DNA of 64,000 nucleotides, taken from positions 64,001 to 128,000 of the forward strand of contig CAVOVB010000008.1 in NCBI GenBank assembly GCA_963699755.1. The letters are read 5' to 3'. Made by a program: the position numbers and the translations under genes. The notes below the pieces were generated by a model. It was not told where the DNA came from and did not search any database. It worked only from the letters and a program-made list of their open reading frames with translations. Origin of the DNA: an uncultured delta proteobacterium. Its GTDB lineage: Bacteria; Myxococcota_A; Polyangia; Polyangiales; Houyiibacteriaceae. This document shows, in pieces, positions 39,923 through 48,480 of this stretch (position 1 is its first letter; every line of letters starts with the position of its first letter).

Positions 39923-41098
39923 TTGACTGCCGTTCGGACGGGGCTCGACCGCATTGCCGACGGTGATTCAGACGCGCTTCGCCTGGTCGCTGGTCGGAAA
40001 GTAGGTCTGCTCGCGCACGCGGCCAGCGTCGACCGAACGTTGCGTTCCGCGTCCTGGGTCTTACACAGGGCGGGCGCTCATGTTTCCGCGCTGTTCGGTC
40101 CGGAGCACGGATTCGCCGGCGCCGCGCAAGACATGGTCGGGGTGGGGAGCCGGGAGGAGGAGGAAGTCCCCGTCTATTCATTGTACGGAGACGATGCCCG
40201 AGACTTGACTCCGAAACCCGACTGGATACGCGGCCTGGACGCGGTCGTCATCGACCTGCAAGACGTAGGAGCGCGTTACTATACCTATGTGTGGACGGCT
40301 GCGCTCACGATGAAAGTCGCCGCTGCCGTGGGCACCGAGGTCGTCCTCCTCGACCGGCCCAACCCCCTCGGTGGCGCTCGCGTCGAAGGCGCCGCGCAAC
40401 GAGATGGCTACCTCTCGTTCGTGGGCTTGTATCCGGTATCGGTGCGGCACGGTCTCACGATCGCAGAGCTGATGCGCTGGGTATGCCAAGGCGAATCAAT
40501 CGACGAAAACGTTCTGCGTGTGGTGCCGATGGAGGGCTGGACGCGTTCGATGGAGTGGAAGGACACCGGGCTTCCCTGGCTGATGCCCTCGCCCAACATG
40601 CCGACTCTCGACACGGCGCTCGTGTATCCAGGCGGCTGTCTGGTGGAAGGCACCAGGCTCTCCGAAGGGCGGGGGACTACGAGGCCTTTCGAGCTCTGGG
40701 GCGCGCCAGGCTTGGACGTCGGCCCGCTTCTGGATCTCGATCTCCACGGTGTCACGCTGCGACCGGTCGAGTTCACTCCTACGTTTCAGAAGCACGCAGG
40801 ACTGAGCTGTTCCGGAGTGCAGGTGCATGTCACCGATCCCTGGGTCTTTCGACCCTACGAGGCGTACTTGCGCATGCTCGCCGCAGTGCTGCCGCAGCTG
40901 CCCGCCGAGGACCGTTGGCGAACCGAAGTCTATGAATACGTGGCGGACAGACCTGCGATCGACCTCCTCACGGGCGGTCCAGAGTTTCGCAGGGCGGTGG
41001 ATGGAGGCGAGCCACTCGAAGAGCTGCTGGCGGATGAAGCGCGCGGTGCAGCCAAGTTCGACGATGAGCGGCGCGCGGCCTGGCTCTACGAGAAGTGA
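39923..41098 (+). CDS. DUF1343/NamZ-family exo-beta-N-acetylmuramidase
   Basis: LFGPEHG, DLQDVGARYYTY, LDRPNPLG, RHGLTIAEL, PSPNMP, SEGRGTTRPFE. Confidence 0.9.
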   Translation: MTAVRTGLDRIADGDSDALRLVAGRKVGLLAHAASVDRTLRSASWVLHRAGAHVSALFGPEHGFAGAAQDMVGVGSREEEEVPVYSLYGDDARDLTPKPDWIRGLDAVVIDLQDVGARYYTYVWTAALTMKVAAAVGTEVVLLDRPNPLGGARVEGAAQRDGYLSFVGLYPVSVRHGLTIAELMRWVCQGESIDENVLRVVPMEGWTRSMEWKDTGLPWLMPSPNMPTLDTALVYPGGCLVEGTRLSEGRGTTRPFELWGAPGLDVGPLLDLDLHGVTLRPVEFTPTFQKHAGLSCSGVQVHVTDPWVFRPYEAYLRMLAAVLPQLPAEDRWRTEVYEYVADRPAIDLLTGGPEFRRAVDGGEPLEELLADEARGAAKFDDERRAAWLYEK

Positions 41099-42036
41099 CG
41101 AAAGCCCCGTCGCTCGATCTCGATTTCGCCGCCGCTCGCGTCGAGGACCCGGGTGCCGACGCCTTCGATGATTTCCCCAATCTTGCTACCCAGCGTTTCG
41201 GCACCTGCAGACTCGGGCGCAGTGAAGAGCAGCTCGTAGTCTTCGCCCCCACTGAGGGCAAGCGTGGTCGGGTCGAGCGACAGGGCGCTACAGGCTGTTT
41301 CAAAACCGGGTGCTGTGGGCACGGCATCGGCATGGAGGAGCGCGCCGACGTCCGAAGCTATGGCCAGGTGGTCTAAGTCCTGAAGACAGCCATCGGAAAC
41401 ATCCACCGCCGCCGTCGCGAGGCGCGAAAGCGCCGTCGCGGCCTGGCCATTGAGAGGCGGTCGTCTCCAGCGCGCCACGAAATGTTCGGCTCCTTCGAGA
41501 TCGAGCCTGCCGGCCTGTAGAATCGCGAGCCCGAGCGCCGCCGAGCCTAGTGTCCCGGTCACGTAAATCGAATCCCCGGGCTGCGCACCTTGCCGGGTGA
41601 GCGGCTCGGAGATAGGCAGTCCAAAGACCGTCGTGGTCACGGCGAGCGACGGGCCTTGGCTCAAATTGCCGCCGATGACTCGGGCGCCTGTAGCGCGCGC
41701 CGCGTAGGCAAGCCCGTTGATTAGATCGCGGAAGCTCTCGTCCGGCAAGCCTGCGGGAAGCGTCAGGGCGACCACCGATGCGGTCGGCATCGCGGCCATG
41801 GCCCAAACGTCGCTCACGGCGGCCACCATCGCGCGGTACCCAAGCTCGCGACTCGAAAGGAAGTCCATGCGGAAGTGGACATCTTCGACCTGCGTGTCGA
41901 CGGTGACGATAGTCGGTCGGTTTCCGAAGTCCATCACCGCTGCGTCGTCGCCGATGCCGACGAGTAACTTCTTCGATTCGCCGTCTAGGTCGAAACGGGT
42001 TTTGAGCCATTCGATTTTTGCAAACTCATCATGCAT
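41086..42036 (-). CDS. thiL: Thiamine-monophosphate kinase
   Basis: EF, GIGDDAAV, DTQVEDVHF, SDVWAMAA, DVSDGCLQDL, GGEDYELLF. Confidence 0.93.
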   Translation of the reverse strand: MHDEFAKIEWLKTRFDLDGESKKLLVGIGDDAAVMDFGNRPTIVTVDTQVEDVHFRMDFLSSRELGYRAMVAAVSDVWAMAAMPTASVVALTLPAGLPDESFRDLINGLAYAARATGARVIGGNLSQGPSLAVTTTVFGLPISEPLTRQGAQPGDSIYVTGTLGSAALGLAILQAGRLDLEGAEHFVARWRRPPLNGQAATALSRLATAAVDVSDGCLQDLDHLAIASDVGALLHADAVPTAPGFETACSALSLDPTTLALSGGEDYELLFTAPESAGAETLGSKIGEIIEGVGTRVLDASGGEIEIERRGFRHFS

Positions 42037-43438
42037 CTTTGGTCGCGGCGGGTAGGGTCACCGTGAAGATTGTGCCCTCGCCGAGCGTGCTGGTCACTTC
42101 AATCGTCCCCTCGTGACCGTCGACGAGTTGCCTCACAATCGAAAGTCCCAGCCCGGCGCCGCCATGGGCCCGGGTGGTCCCCGCGTCGACCTGGTAGAAC
42201 GCGTCGAAAACCCGCGTAAGGTTTTCTTCGGAGATGCCCTTGCCTCGGTCCTGCACCGTCAGGACCACAGCAGGCCGGCTCGCCGCGAATAGGGCGGCGC
42301 CAAGGCCCGAGGCGCCTGGAGCGTCGAGCTTGCCTGGCTCGGCGCCGATCGTGACCGTGCCGCCTTCGTGGCTGAACTTCACGGCGTTGTCGGCGAGGTT
42401 GAGCAGGATCTGGCTGAGGCGAACCTGGTCTCCCCACAGCTTGGGCGTATCGTCGCCGACTCGAATGTCGAGCGAAACGTTGTGCTGGTTGGCGGTCGGT
42501 ACGATCGTCGAAGCGAGGTCGGCGAGCAGGGCCCGCGGGTCAACCGCCTCATACGCGAGGTCGAGCTTCTTGGCTTCCAGTCGGCCGAGGTCGAGCAGGC
42601 TGCTAATCAAGCCCAGCAATTGGTCAGCCTTGCTCCGAATGGTGGACAAGAACTCCACCTGGCCATCATTGAGGGCACCAGCGGCGCCGCTCTCGAGCAT
42701 TTCGGTGTAGCCTATGATCGACGTGAGTGGGCTCCGAAGCTCGTGGCTCACTGTGGCTAGGAAGGTGCTCTTGAGTTGATCGAGTTGCTTCAACTCTTCG
42801 AAGGAGGTCATCAGCGCCTCGTTCTTCTGGGCCAGCTCGCGATAGTTTTCGCGGACGCTGGCGATCTGCATCGTCGAGGCGAGCTGCGCGCGATGACCCG
42901 AGAAGACGAGCAGCTCGAGAACGCCGCCGAGATGTGCGGAGATATCTTTGGCAACGTTTTCGCGCACCCGCGGCATCGTCTCGAAATGCGCACGTGCGGT
43001 GGCCGCGTCGACCGCTCCGTCGATCGAGACGAGTGAGGCTGGTGCGCCCTCGGTCTCTGCGGGCACGTAGGGACCGACGACGAAACGGCCGATGGCACGC
43101 CCCTGGTATTGGAGGGGCACGATCCTGTACACGGCGCCCGTGAAGCATGGGTGAACGATCGTCTCTCCGCTTGGCTCCAAGTCCCGCACGACTGCCACGG
43201 TCTTCGCGCAGGCCTGCTCTCCCCGGCTGAGAGTATTGACGTAATTGCAGAGCGGGCGGTCCCGATGCACGTCCGCCAGCAGGTCCCCCTCGTAGGAGAT
43301 CACGCGAACCGGAAGCCCGAACAGCGCGAAGAACGACTTGCATACCGAGGTCACCGAATCGCGGCTCAACACGTCTTCGAGGCGAACCACATCTCCCATG
43401 AGGATGTCAGCCTCACTAGTCTCGTCCTGCATCATCAC
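42029..43438 (-). CDS. Soluble sensor histidine kinase with N-terminal PocR-like domain
   Basis: Three spaced Cys (PLC, QAC, HPCFTG...VPL...IG) of PocR; H-box VSHELRSPL, N-box NLADNAVKF, DRGKGI, GAGLGL; no TM segments. Confidence 0.88.
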   Translation of the reverse strand: MMMQDETSEADILMGDVVRLEDVLSRDSVTSVCKSFFALFGLPVRVISYEGDLLADVHRDRPLCNYVNTLSRGEQACAKTVAVVRDLEPSGETIVHPCFTGAVYRIVPLQYQGRAIGRFVVGPYVPAETEGAPASLVSIDGAVDAATARAHFETMPRVRENVAKDISAHLGGVLELLVFSGHRAQLASTMQIASVRENYRELAQKNEALMTSFEELKQLDQLKSTFLATVSHELRSPLTSIIGYTEMLESGAAGALNDGQVEFLSTIRSKADQLLGLISSLLDLGRLEAKKLDLAYEAVDPRALLADLASTIVPTANQHNVSLDIRVGDDTPKLWGDQVRLSQILLNLADNAVKFSHEGGTVTIGAEPGKLDAPGASGLGAALFAASRPAVVLTVQDRGKGISEENLTRVFDAFYQVDAGTTRAHGGAGLGLSIVRQLVDGHEGTIEVTSTLGEGTIFTVTLPAATKDA

Positions 43439-44106
43439 TCCCGTCGCCCCGGATCGTGTTTGAGCTTCGCTTCCACCTCGTTCACGAGGCTGTTTGGGCT
43501 GATCCCGAACATTGCTTCGAGCTGATGATCTTCTTCTAGCTTGGCCCAGGTCTCGCGTATCAATCCGCGAAGTGTCTGCACGACGCCGTAGCCTCGGGTC
43601 GCTACGGCCTTGTAGATCGGCTCGCGGCTTCGCTGCGCGATGATCTCGAGCTCCTCGTCCGAGCGGATGTTGTCCATGTCGCGTTTGTTGAATTGAATGA
43701 TGATCGGTACGCGCTCGGGATCGATTCCGTTGTCTTTCAGGTTTCGCTTCAGGTTGATGAACGCTTCACGGTTGGCCTCGGATTCGTTGCGTTGCGAGTC
43801 CGCGATGAAGGCGACTCCGTCTGTGCCTCGAAGGACCAGACGCCGGGTCGCGTTGTGCATGACCTGACCCGGAACGGTGAAGAGCTTCAGTCGGACCTTG
43901 AGACCGCTGCCGGAGCTCACCGTGATTGGAAGCATGTCGAAGAACAGGGTGCGGTCGTTTTGGGTCTCGAGCGTCATGAGCTCGCCGCAAGCGGTCGAGG
44001 TTCCGAGCCAGTGGATCGCTCGCAGGTTGCTGGTCTTTCCGCTGAGTGCCGGCCCGTAGTAGACCAGCTTCACAGTCAGTTCTTTCGCGGCGAAGTCGAT
44101 CTGCAT
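43435..44106 (-). CDS. MglA/SofG-family small Ras-like GTPase
   Basis: KLVYYGPALSGKTSNL, DRTLFFD (intrinsic Arg finger), TVPGQV, IADSQ, QFNKRD; about 30-aa C-terminal extension. Confidence 0.92.
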   Translation of the reverse strand: MQIDFAAKELTVKLVYYGPALSGKTSNLRAIHWLGTSTACGELMTLETQNDRTLFFDMLPITVSSGSGLKVRLKLFTVPGQVMHNATRRLVLRGTDGVAFIADSQRNESEANREAFINLKRNLKDNGIDPERVPIIIQFNKRDMDNIRSDEELEIIAQRSREPIYKAVATRGYGVVQTLRGLIRETWAKLEEDHQLEAMFGISPNSLVNEVEAKLKHDPGRRE

Positions 44107-44133
44107 TCCGAACCGTGGGCTGCTCGAGAGGGG

Positions 44134-44460
44134 TTAGCCCCGCAACAAGAGCAAGAGCCCCGCCCCCATCAACAGCAACATGATAAAGAACGCGGCCCAT
44201 GTCAGCGTCCTTTTGTGCTCGTGGCTAGCCGGCTTGACTCGCGTGTCCTGCAGTTGCTGGGCGGCCAGGCCGATGAGTCGGTCGATCTGTTGGATGGCGT
44301 CTTCGCGGCGCGCCGGGTCCGCCTCGCGGACCGCCCGGTACCGTTTGCCGGCCTCCGGCAGTCGATCGAGGGCGACGCAGACCCCGATGAAACGCCGATG
44401 GGACTCCTCATTCGCCCAGTCGGCCTCGACCCGCCGCCACGCTTCCTCGATCGGATCCAC
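44134..44460 (-). CDS. Small protein with a C-terminal transmembrane helix
   Basis: Helical N-terminus (EAWRRVEADW...HRRFI...AGKRYR) plus a hydrophobic tail; start either GTG 44460 or ATG 44478. Confidence 0.65.
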   Translation of the reverse strand: MDPIEEAWRRVEADWANEESHRRFIGVCVALDRLPEAGKRYRAVREADPARREDAIQQIDRLIGLAAQQLQDTRVKPASHEHKRTLTWAAFFIMLLLMGAGLLLLLRG

Positions 44461-44681
44461 CAATCGAAAGAATAGCATGGCAGACTAGAGCCAATTTTGG
44501 CGTGTACAGAATGAAAATCCGCCAACCATGGCATCGAAGCCCCGATCAGGAAGAGTCGCCGAGGGCACGGGCGTTCTTCCGATTGGCTGGAAGGCTTCCC
44601 ACTGTATCTTGGCCATCCCATACCCACCTACATCATCACAAAAAACCTTTTTAATTCTGCCACTTGGCGGAGAGAAAGAAG

Positions 44682-44745
44682 TTGACAGCAGAGGAGCTGC
44701 GGCCTTAGTTTCCGGCCTTAGTGGGACATAGTGGGATCAAGTGCC
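44682..44745 (+). promoter_or_regulatory. dcw promoter with MraZ-binding direct repeats
   Basis: TTGACA (44682) - 18 nt - TAGTTT (44706); AGTGGG/AGTGGG/AGTGCC at 10-nt period (44720, 44730, 44740). Confidence 0.75.
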
Positions 44746-44777
44746 AATGCCCCAGCAGCTAGGACGAGAGGGTTAGG

Positions 44778-45230
44778 TTGTTCCGAGGACGCTACGAGCA
44801 CGCCATCGATGCCAAGGGCCGCACCTCCGTGCCCTCTCGCTTCCGGGAGGTGATGACGGCGCAGGGCGAGTCCAAGCTGGTGCTGACCACCGGCTTGGAC
44901 AGCTGTCTGGTGGCGTACCCGATGGCCGAGTGGCTCGCGTTCGAAAAACGACTTTCGGGGCTTCCGCAGTTCGACGCAGACGTCGTCACCCTCAAACGGA
45001 TCTACGTTTCGGGCGCAGTCGAGTGCGACGTCGACAAGGTCGGGCGGCTTCTGATTCCGGCGGCACTCCGCAAGCACGCTGAGCTCCAGCGCGACGCCCT
45101 CTGGGCCGGAATGGGAAGCTACATCGAGCTCTGGGCGAAGGCGAGCTTCGAAGACCTCCGCCAGGATGTGCTCGGTGCCGAGGAGCGCCGCTTGGCGATC
45201 GCCAAACGGCTAGCGGAGCTCGGTCTGTGA
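44778..45230 (+). CDS. mraZ: Division/cell wall cluster repressor MraZ
   Basis: FRGRYEHAIDAKGRTSVPSRFR, DKVGRLLIP, IELW. Confidence 0.96.
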   Translation: MFRGRYEHAIDAKGRTSVPSRFREVMTAQGESKLVLTTGLDSCLVAYPMAEWLAFEKRLSGLPQFDADVVTLKRIYVSGAVECDVDKVGRLLIPAALRKHAELQRDALWAGMGSYIELWAKASFEDLRQDVLGAEERRLAIAKRLAELGL

Positions 45231-46117
45231 CTGCCTTCCAGCACACCGCCGTTCTACTCGACGCGGTGCTCGATCAACTCGCTCCTACCTCGGGCGGTGT
45301 CTATGCCGACGTGACCCTGGGCGGAGGAGGGCATGCCGCGGCTATCTTGGAGCGCAGCGCGCCTGACGGGCGCTTGATTGGGACCGACCGCGACCCGACT
45401 GCGCTTGAAGCCGCTGCTGCCACGCTCGCTTGCTTTGGGGATCGCGCAACGCTTCGCAAAGCGCGCATCGGTGAGCTCGCACAGGTCTTGTCGTCGCTTG
45501 AGATCGAGCAACTCGACGGGCTGGTAGCCGACCTGGGTGTCAGCTCGGCTCAGCTCGATCGCCCCGAACGCGGATTCTCCCTAGCCAAAGAAGGCCCGAT
45601 CGACATGCGAATGGATCCGACCGAGGGTGAAACCGCGTTGGAGTTGATCGGTCGCTGTGATGCCGAGGAGCTCGCAGACCTGATCTACCGATATGGCGAA
45701 GAACACCGCTCACGAAAGATCGCCCGCTCCCTTCGGCGAGCCTATGAAGAGGGCGAGCTCGAGACCACGGGCGACCTACGACACGCTGTTCTTCGCGCAA
45801 TCGGGGGCCGTCGCGGGCGTATCGATCCGGCGACCAAGACCTTTCAGGCATTGCGCATCGCGGTGAACGACGAGCTAGGCGAGCTCGAATCCCTGCTCGC
45901 TCAAGCACCGAGGCTCCTGCGGATAGGGGGCGTGGTCGCGGTCATCAGCTTCCATTCGCTCGAGGATCGACTCGTGAAGCATTCGTTCCGCGACAGCCAG
46001 CATCTCTTGCCCTTGACCAAGCGACCGATCATCGCCTCCCAACAAGAGCGCGAAACCAATCCGAGATCACGCAGCGCGAAACTTCGCGCGGCCCGTCGCG
46101 TGGAGGTGGTCGCATGA
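45227..46117 (+). CDS. rsmH: 16S rRNA m4C1402 methyltransferase
   Basis: DVTLGGGGH, DLGVSSAQLD, RGFS, DMRMD, FQALRIAVNDEL, SFHSLEDR, NPRSRSAKLR. Confidence 0.97.
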   Translation: MTAFQHTAVLLDAVLDQLAPTSGGVYADVTLGGGGHAAAILERSAPDGRLIGTDRDPTALEAAAATLACFGDRATLRKARIGELAQVLSSLEIEQLDGLVADLGVSSAQLDRPERGFSLAKEGPIDMRMDPTEGETALELIGRCDAEELADLIYRYGEEHRSRKIARSLRRAYEEGELETTGDLRHAVLRAIGGRRGRIDPATKTFQALRIAVNDELGELESLLAQAPRLLRIGGVVAVISFHSLEDRLVKHSFRDSQHLLPLTKRPIIASQQERETNPRSRSAKLRAARRVEVVA

Positions 46118-46419
46118 AGGGCCGATTCCTGCCTCTTTGGTGCATCGCCGTGTTTGCGACCGCTGCTGCCTTCGTCGTGCATCTTTCGATTCGATTCGAG
46201 ACGGTGCGTCTCGGATACGAGGTGAGCGAAGAGCGCGGTCGACAGCGTGATTTGCTTCAAGATCGTCGTCTGCTTTCGATCGAAGCCGCGACACTTCGAC
46301 AAAGCGGTCGCATCGAAACGATTGCGCGTGGAGCGCTCGGCATGGAGGTGCCCAAGCCGACCCGCATCGTGACGATGAAAGAGCAGCGCACGCGCACCTC
46401 GGCGGGAAGGGTGCGATGA
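46114..46419 (+). CDS. ftsL: Cell division protein FtsL
   Basis: TM + coiled coil, RIETIARGALGM; between rsmH and ftsI. Confidence 0.85.
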   Translation: MKGRFLPLWCIAVFATAAAFVVHLSIRFETVRLGYEVSEERGRQRDLLQDRRLLSIEAATLRQSGRIETIARGALGMEVPKPTRIVTMKEQRTRTSAGRVR

Positions 46420-48467
46420 AGAATCGACATCAGAGGTGGTTTCGGGCACGCATTGCGTTGCTCGGCGTCTCCGTAGCCTCTGTGGCGTTGCTGGTCTTGG
46501 TTCGGGCCTTTCACCTTCAGATTGCAAGCGGCGATCGCTTGCGGGAAATGGCCGAAGGGCAGCACCTTCGTGAGTTGCGCGTTTCCCCGCGGCGCGGCGC
46601 GATCTACGACCGGCACGGCGCCGAGCTCGCGGTGAGCGCGGATGTCGATAGCGTCTACGCCAACCCTCGACGTCTCAAGGCGATGGAGCAAGACCCGCGG
46701 ACGGTTGCGAAGCGGATTTCCAAGATTCTCGACCTCGACCCAGAACGTTTGGCGACGCGGCTTGCATCGGACCGCTACTTCGTCTGGATCGAACGGCGCG
46801 TGACGCCCAACGAGGCCACGCAGATTCGCGCTCTCGGCATTCCGGGCATCGAGCTGACGGACGAGGCGCGTCGGTACTACCCGAATCGTCACCTTGCGGC
46901 TCATCTACTCGGCTTTGCCGACATCGATGGACGAGGGATCGAAGGGATCGAGCTGGCCTATGAGGACCGACTTCGTGGCTCGGATCGGCGTGTTGAAGCG
47001 ATTCGAGATCGGCGCGGACACGTCGTATTCGCAGACGACATGGAAGACGACCGTTCGATGCAGGGGCAGAGCGTGGTTCTCACGATCGATAAAGCGATTC
47101 AGCACGTTGCAGAACGTGAGCTTGCGCTTGGTGTTCGAACGTTCGAAGCCCGTGGCGGAAGCGTCGTCGTGATGGATCCGTCGAGCGGAGAGATCCTCGC
47201 GCTGGCGAACTACCCGCCCTTCAACCCAAACGAACCATCGAAACATCCAACCGCCCACCGGCGCAACCGCGCCGTCGTCGACCGTTTCGAGCCCGGCTCC
47301 ACCATCAAGCCCTTCACGATGGCGGCTGCACTGGCAGCGGGAGCGATCAAGCCCAACCAGTCGATCAACTGTGAGAACGGCGTCACGCGGATGGCTGGCC
47401 GTGTCCTTCACGACGCCCATCCGTATGAATGGCTGACGCCGACGCAAATCCTCGCGTACTCGAGCAACATCGGCATTGCTAAGATCGCGCTCGACGTCGG
47501 TAAGAAGAACCTCTATCGTGGGCTTCGACGCTTCGGGTTCGGTGAGCCGACCGGGCTTGCGGTGCCAGGCGAGACCTCAGGCATTCTCCGCCACTATCGG
47601 CGCTGGTACGAGGTCGACGCGGCCACCGTCTCGTTCGGACAGGGGATGAGCGTCACGAACGTCCAGCTGGCAACGGCGATGAGCGCGATCGCAAATGGCG
47701 GGCGCCTGATGCGACCGCTATTGGTCCGCCGGCTGGAGGACGGGCATGGGGCCACCATCGAAGAGAACAAGCCGCAGGTTCGACGCCAAGTAGTTCCTCG
47801 ACGCGTGGCGAAGCTCGTGGGTCAGATGCTCACGTCGGTGACCGAGCCCGGCGGGACCGGGATGGAAGCGGCAGTGGACGGATACCTCGTCGCAGGCAAG
47901 ACCGGCACCGCGCAGAAAGCCGACTACGTCCACGGCGGCTACGCCAAAGACAAGTGGCTGGCGTCGTTCATAGGCTTTGCACCTGCGGATCGACCCGCCG
48001 TCGTAATCTCGGTGGTCATCGATGAGCCGGTGATCGCACACTATGGCGGCACCGTAGCCGGCCCCGTCTTCCGTCGCATCGCGGAAGTCACGCTTCGGCA
48101 CATGGGGATCGCAGCCGAGGGCCGCCCCGCCGTGCTGGCGGAGAAGAAGAAGGAAATCGTCGTAGCCGAAGCCCCGCCTGCTCCCGAGGAAGAAGCCGTG
48201 GAAAAGGGACAGAGCGTGATTCCCGACCTGCGCTCGCTTCCGTTGCGCCAGGCCGTCATCGCGCTTCATGCCGAGTCGCTCGTTGCCGAGGTTGAAGGTT
48301 CGGGGCTGGTCGTCGAGCAAGACCCTGCGCCGGGTAAGGCGGTGGCGCACGGCGCAGCGGTTCGTCTTCGGTTGGAGCGGCGGCAATTCGACACAGAGAC
48401 TGCGGCTGCCGGAGGGCGCCCGCAGACTCTTGCTGCTGCGGTGCAGCGGGGGCCGCATGTGCCCTGA
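46416..48467 (+). CDS. ftsI: FtsI/PBP3 transpeptidase with C-terminal PASTA domain
   Basis: RRGAIYDR, EPGSTIK (SxxK), SSN, KTGT; IPDLRSL...VVEQDPAPG PASTA. Confidence 0.95.
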   Translation: MKNRHQRWFRARIALLGVSVASVALLVLVRAFHLQIASGDRLREMAEGQHLRELRVSPRRGAIYDRHGAELAVSADVDSVYANPRRLKAMEQDPRTVAKRISKILDLDPERLATRLASDRYFVWIERRVTPNEATQIRALGIPGIELTDEARRYYPNRHLAAHLLGFADIDGRGIEGIELAYEDRLRGSDRRVEAIRDRRGHVVFADDMEDDRSMQGQSVVLTIDKAIQHVAERELALGVRTFEARGGSVVVMDPSSGEILALANYPPFNPNEPSKHPTAHRRNRAVVDRFEPGSTIKPFTMAAALAAGAIKPNQSINCENGVTRMAGRVLHDAHPYEWLTPTQILAYSSNIGIAKIALDVGKKNLYRGLRRFGFGEPTGLAVPGETSGILRHYRRWYEVDAATVSFGQGMSVTNVQLATAMSAIANGGRLMRPLLVRRLEDGHGATIEENKPQVRRQVVPRRVAKLVGQMLTSVTEPGGTGMEAAVDGYLVAGKTGTAQKADYVHGGYAKDKWLASFIGFAPADRPAVVISVVIDEPVIAHYGGTVAGPVFRRIAEVTLRHMGIAAEGRPAVLAEKKKEIVVAEAPPAPEEEAVEKGQSVIPDLRSLPLRQAVIALHAESLVAEVEGSGLVVEQDPAPGKAVAHGAAVRLRLERRQFDTETAAAGGRPQTLAAAVQRGPHVP

Positions 48468-48480
48468 GTGGAGAGTTGGG

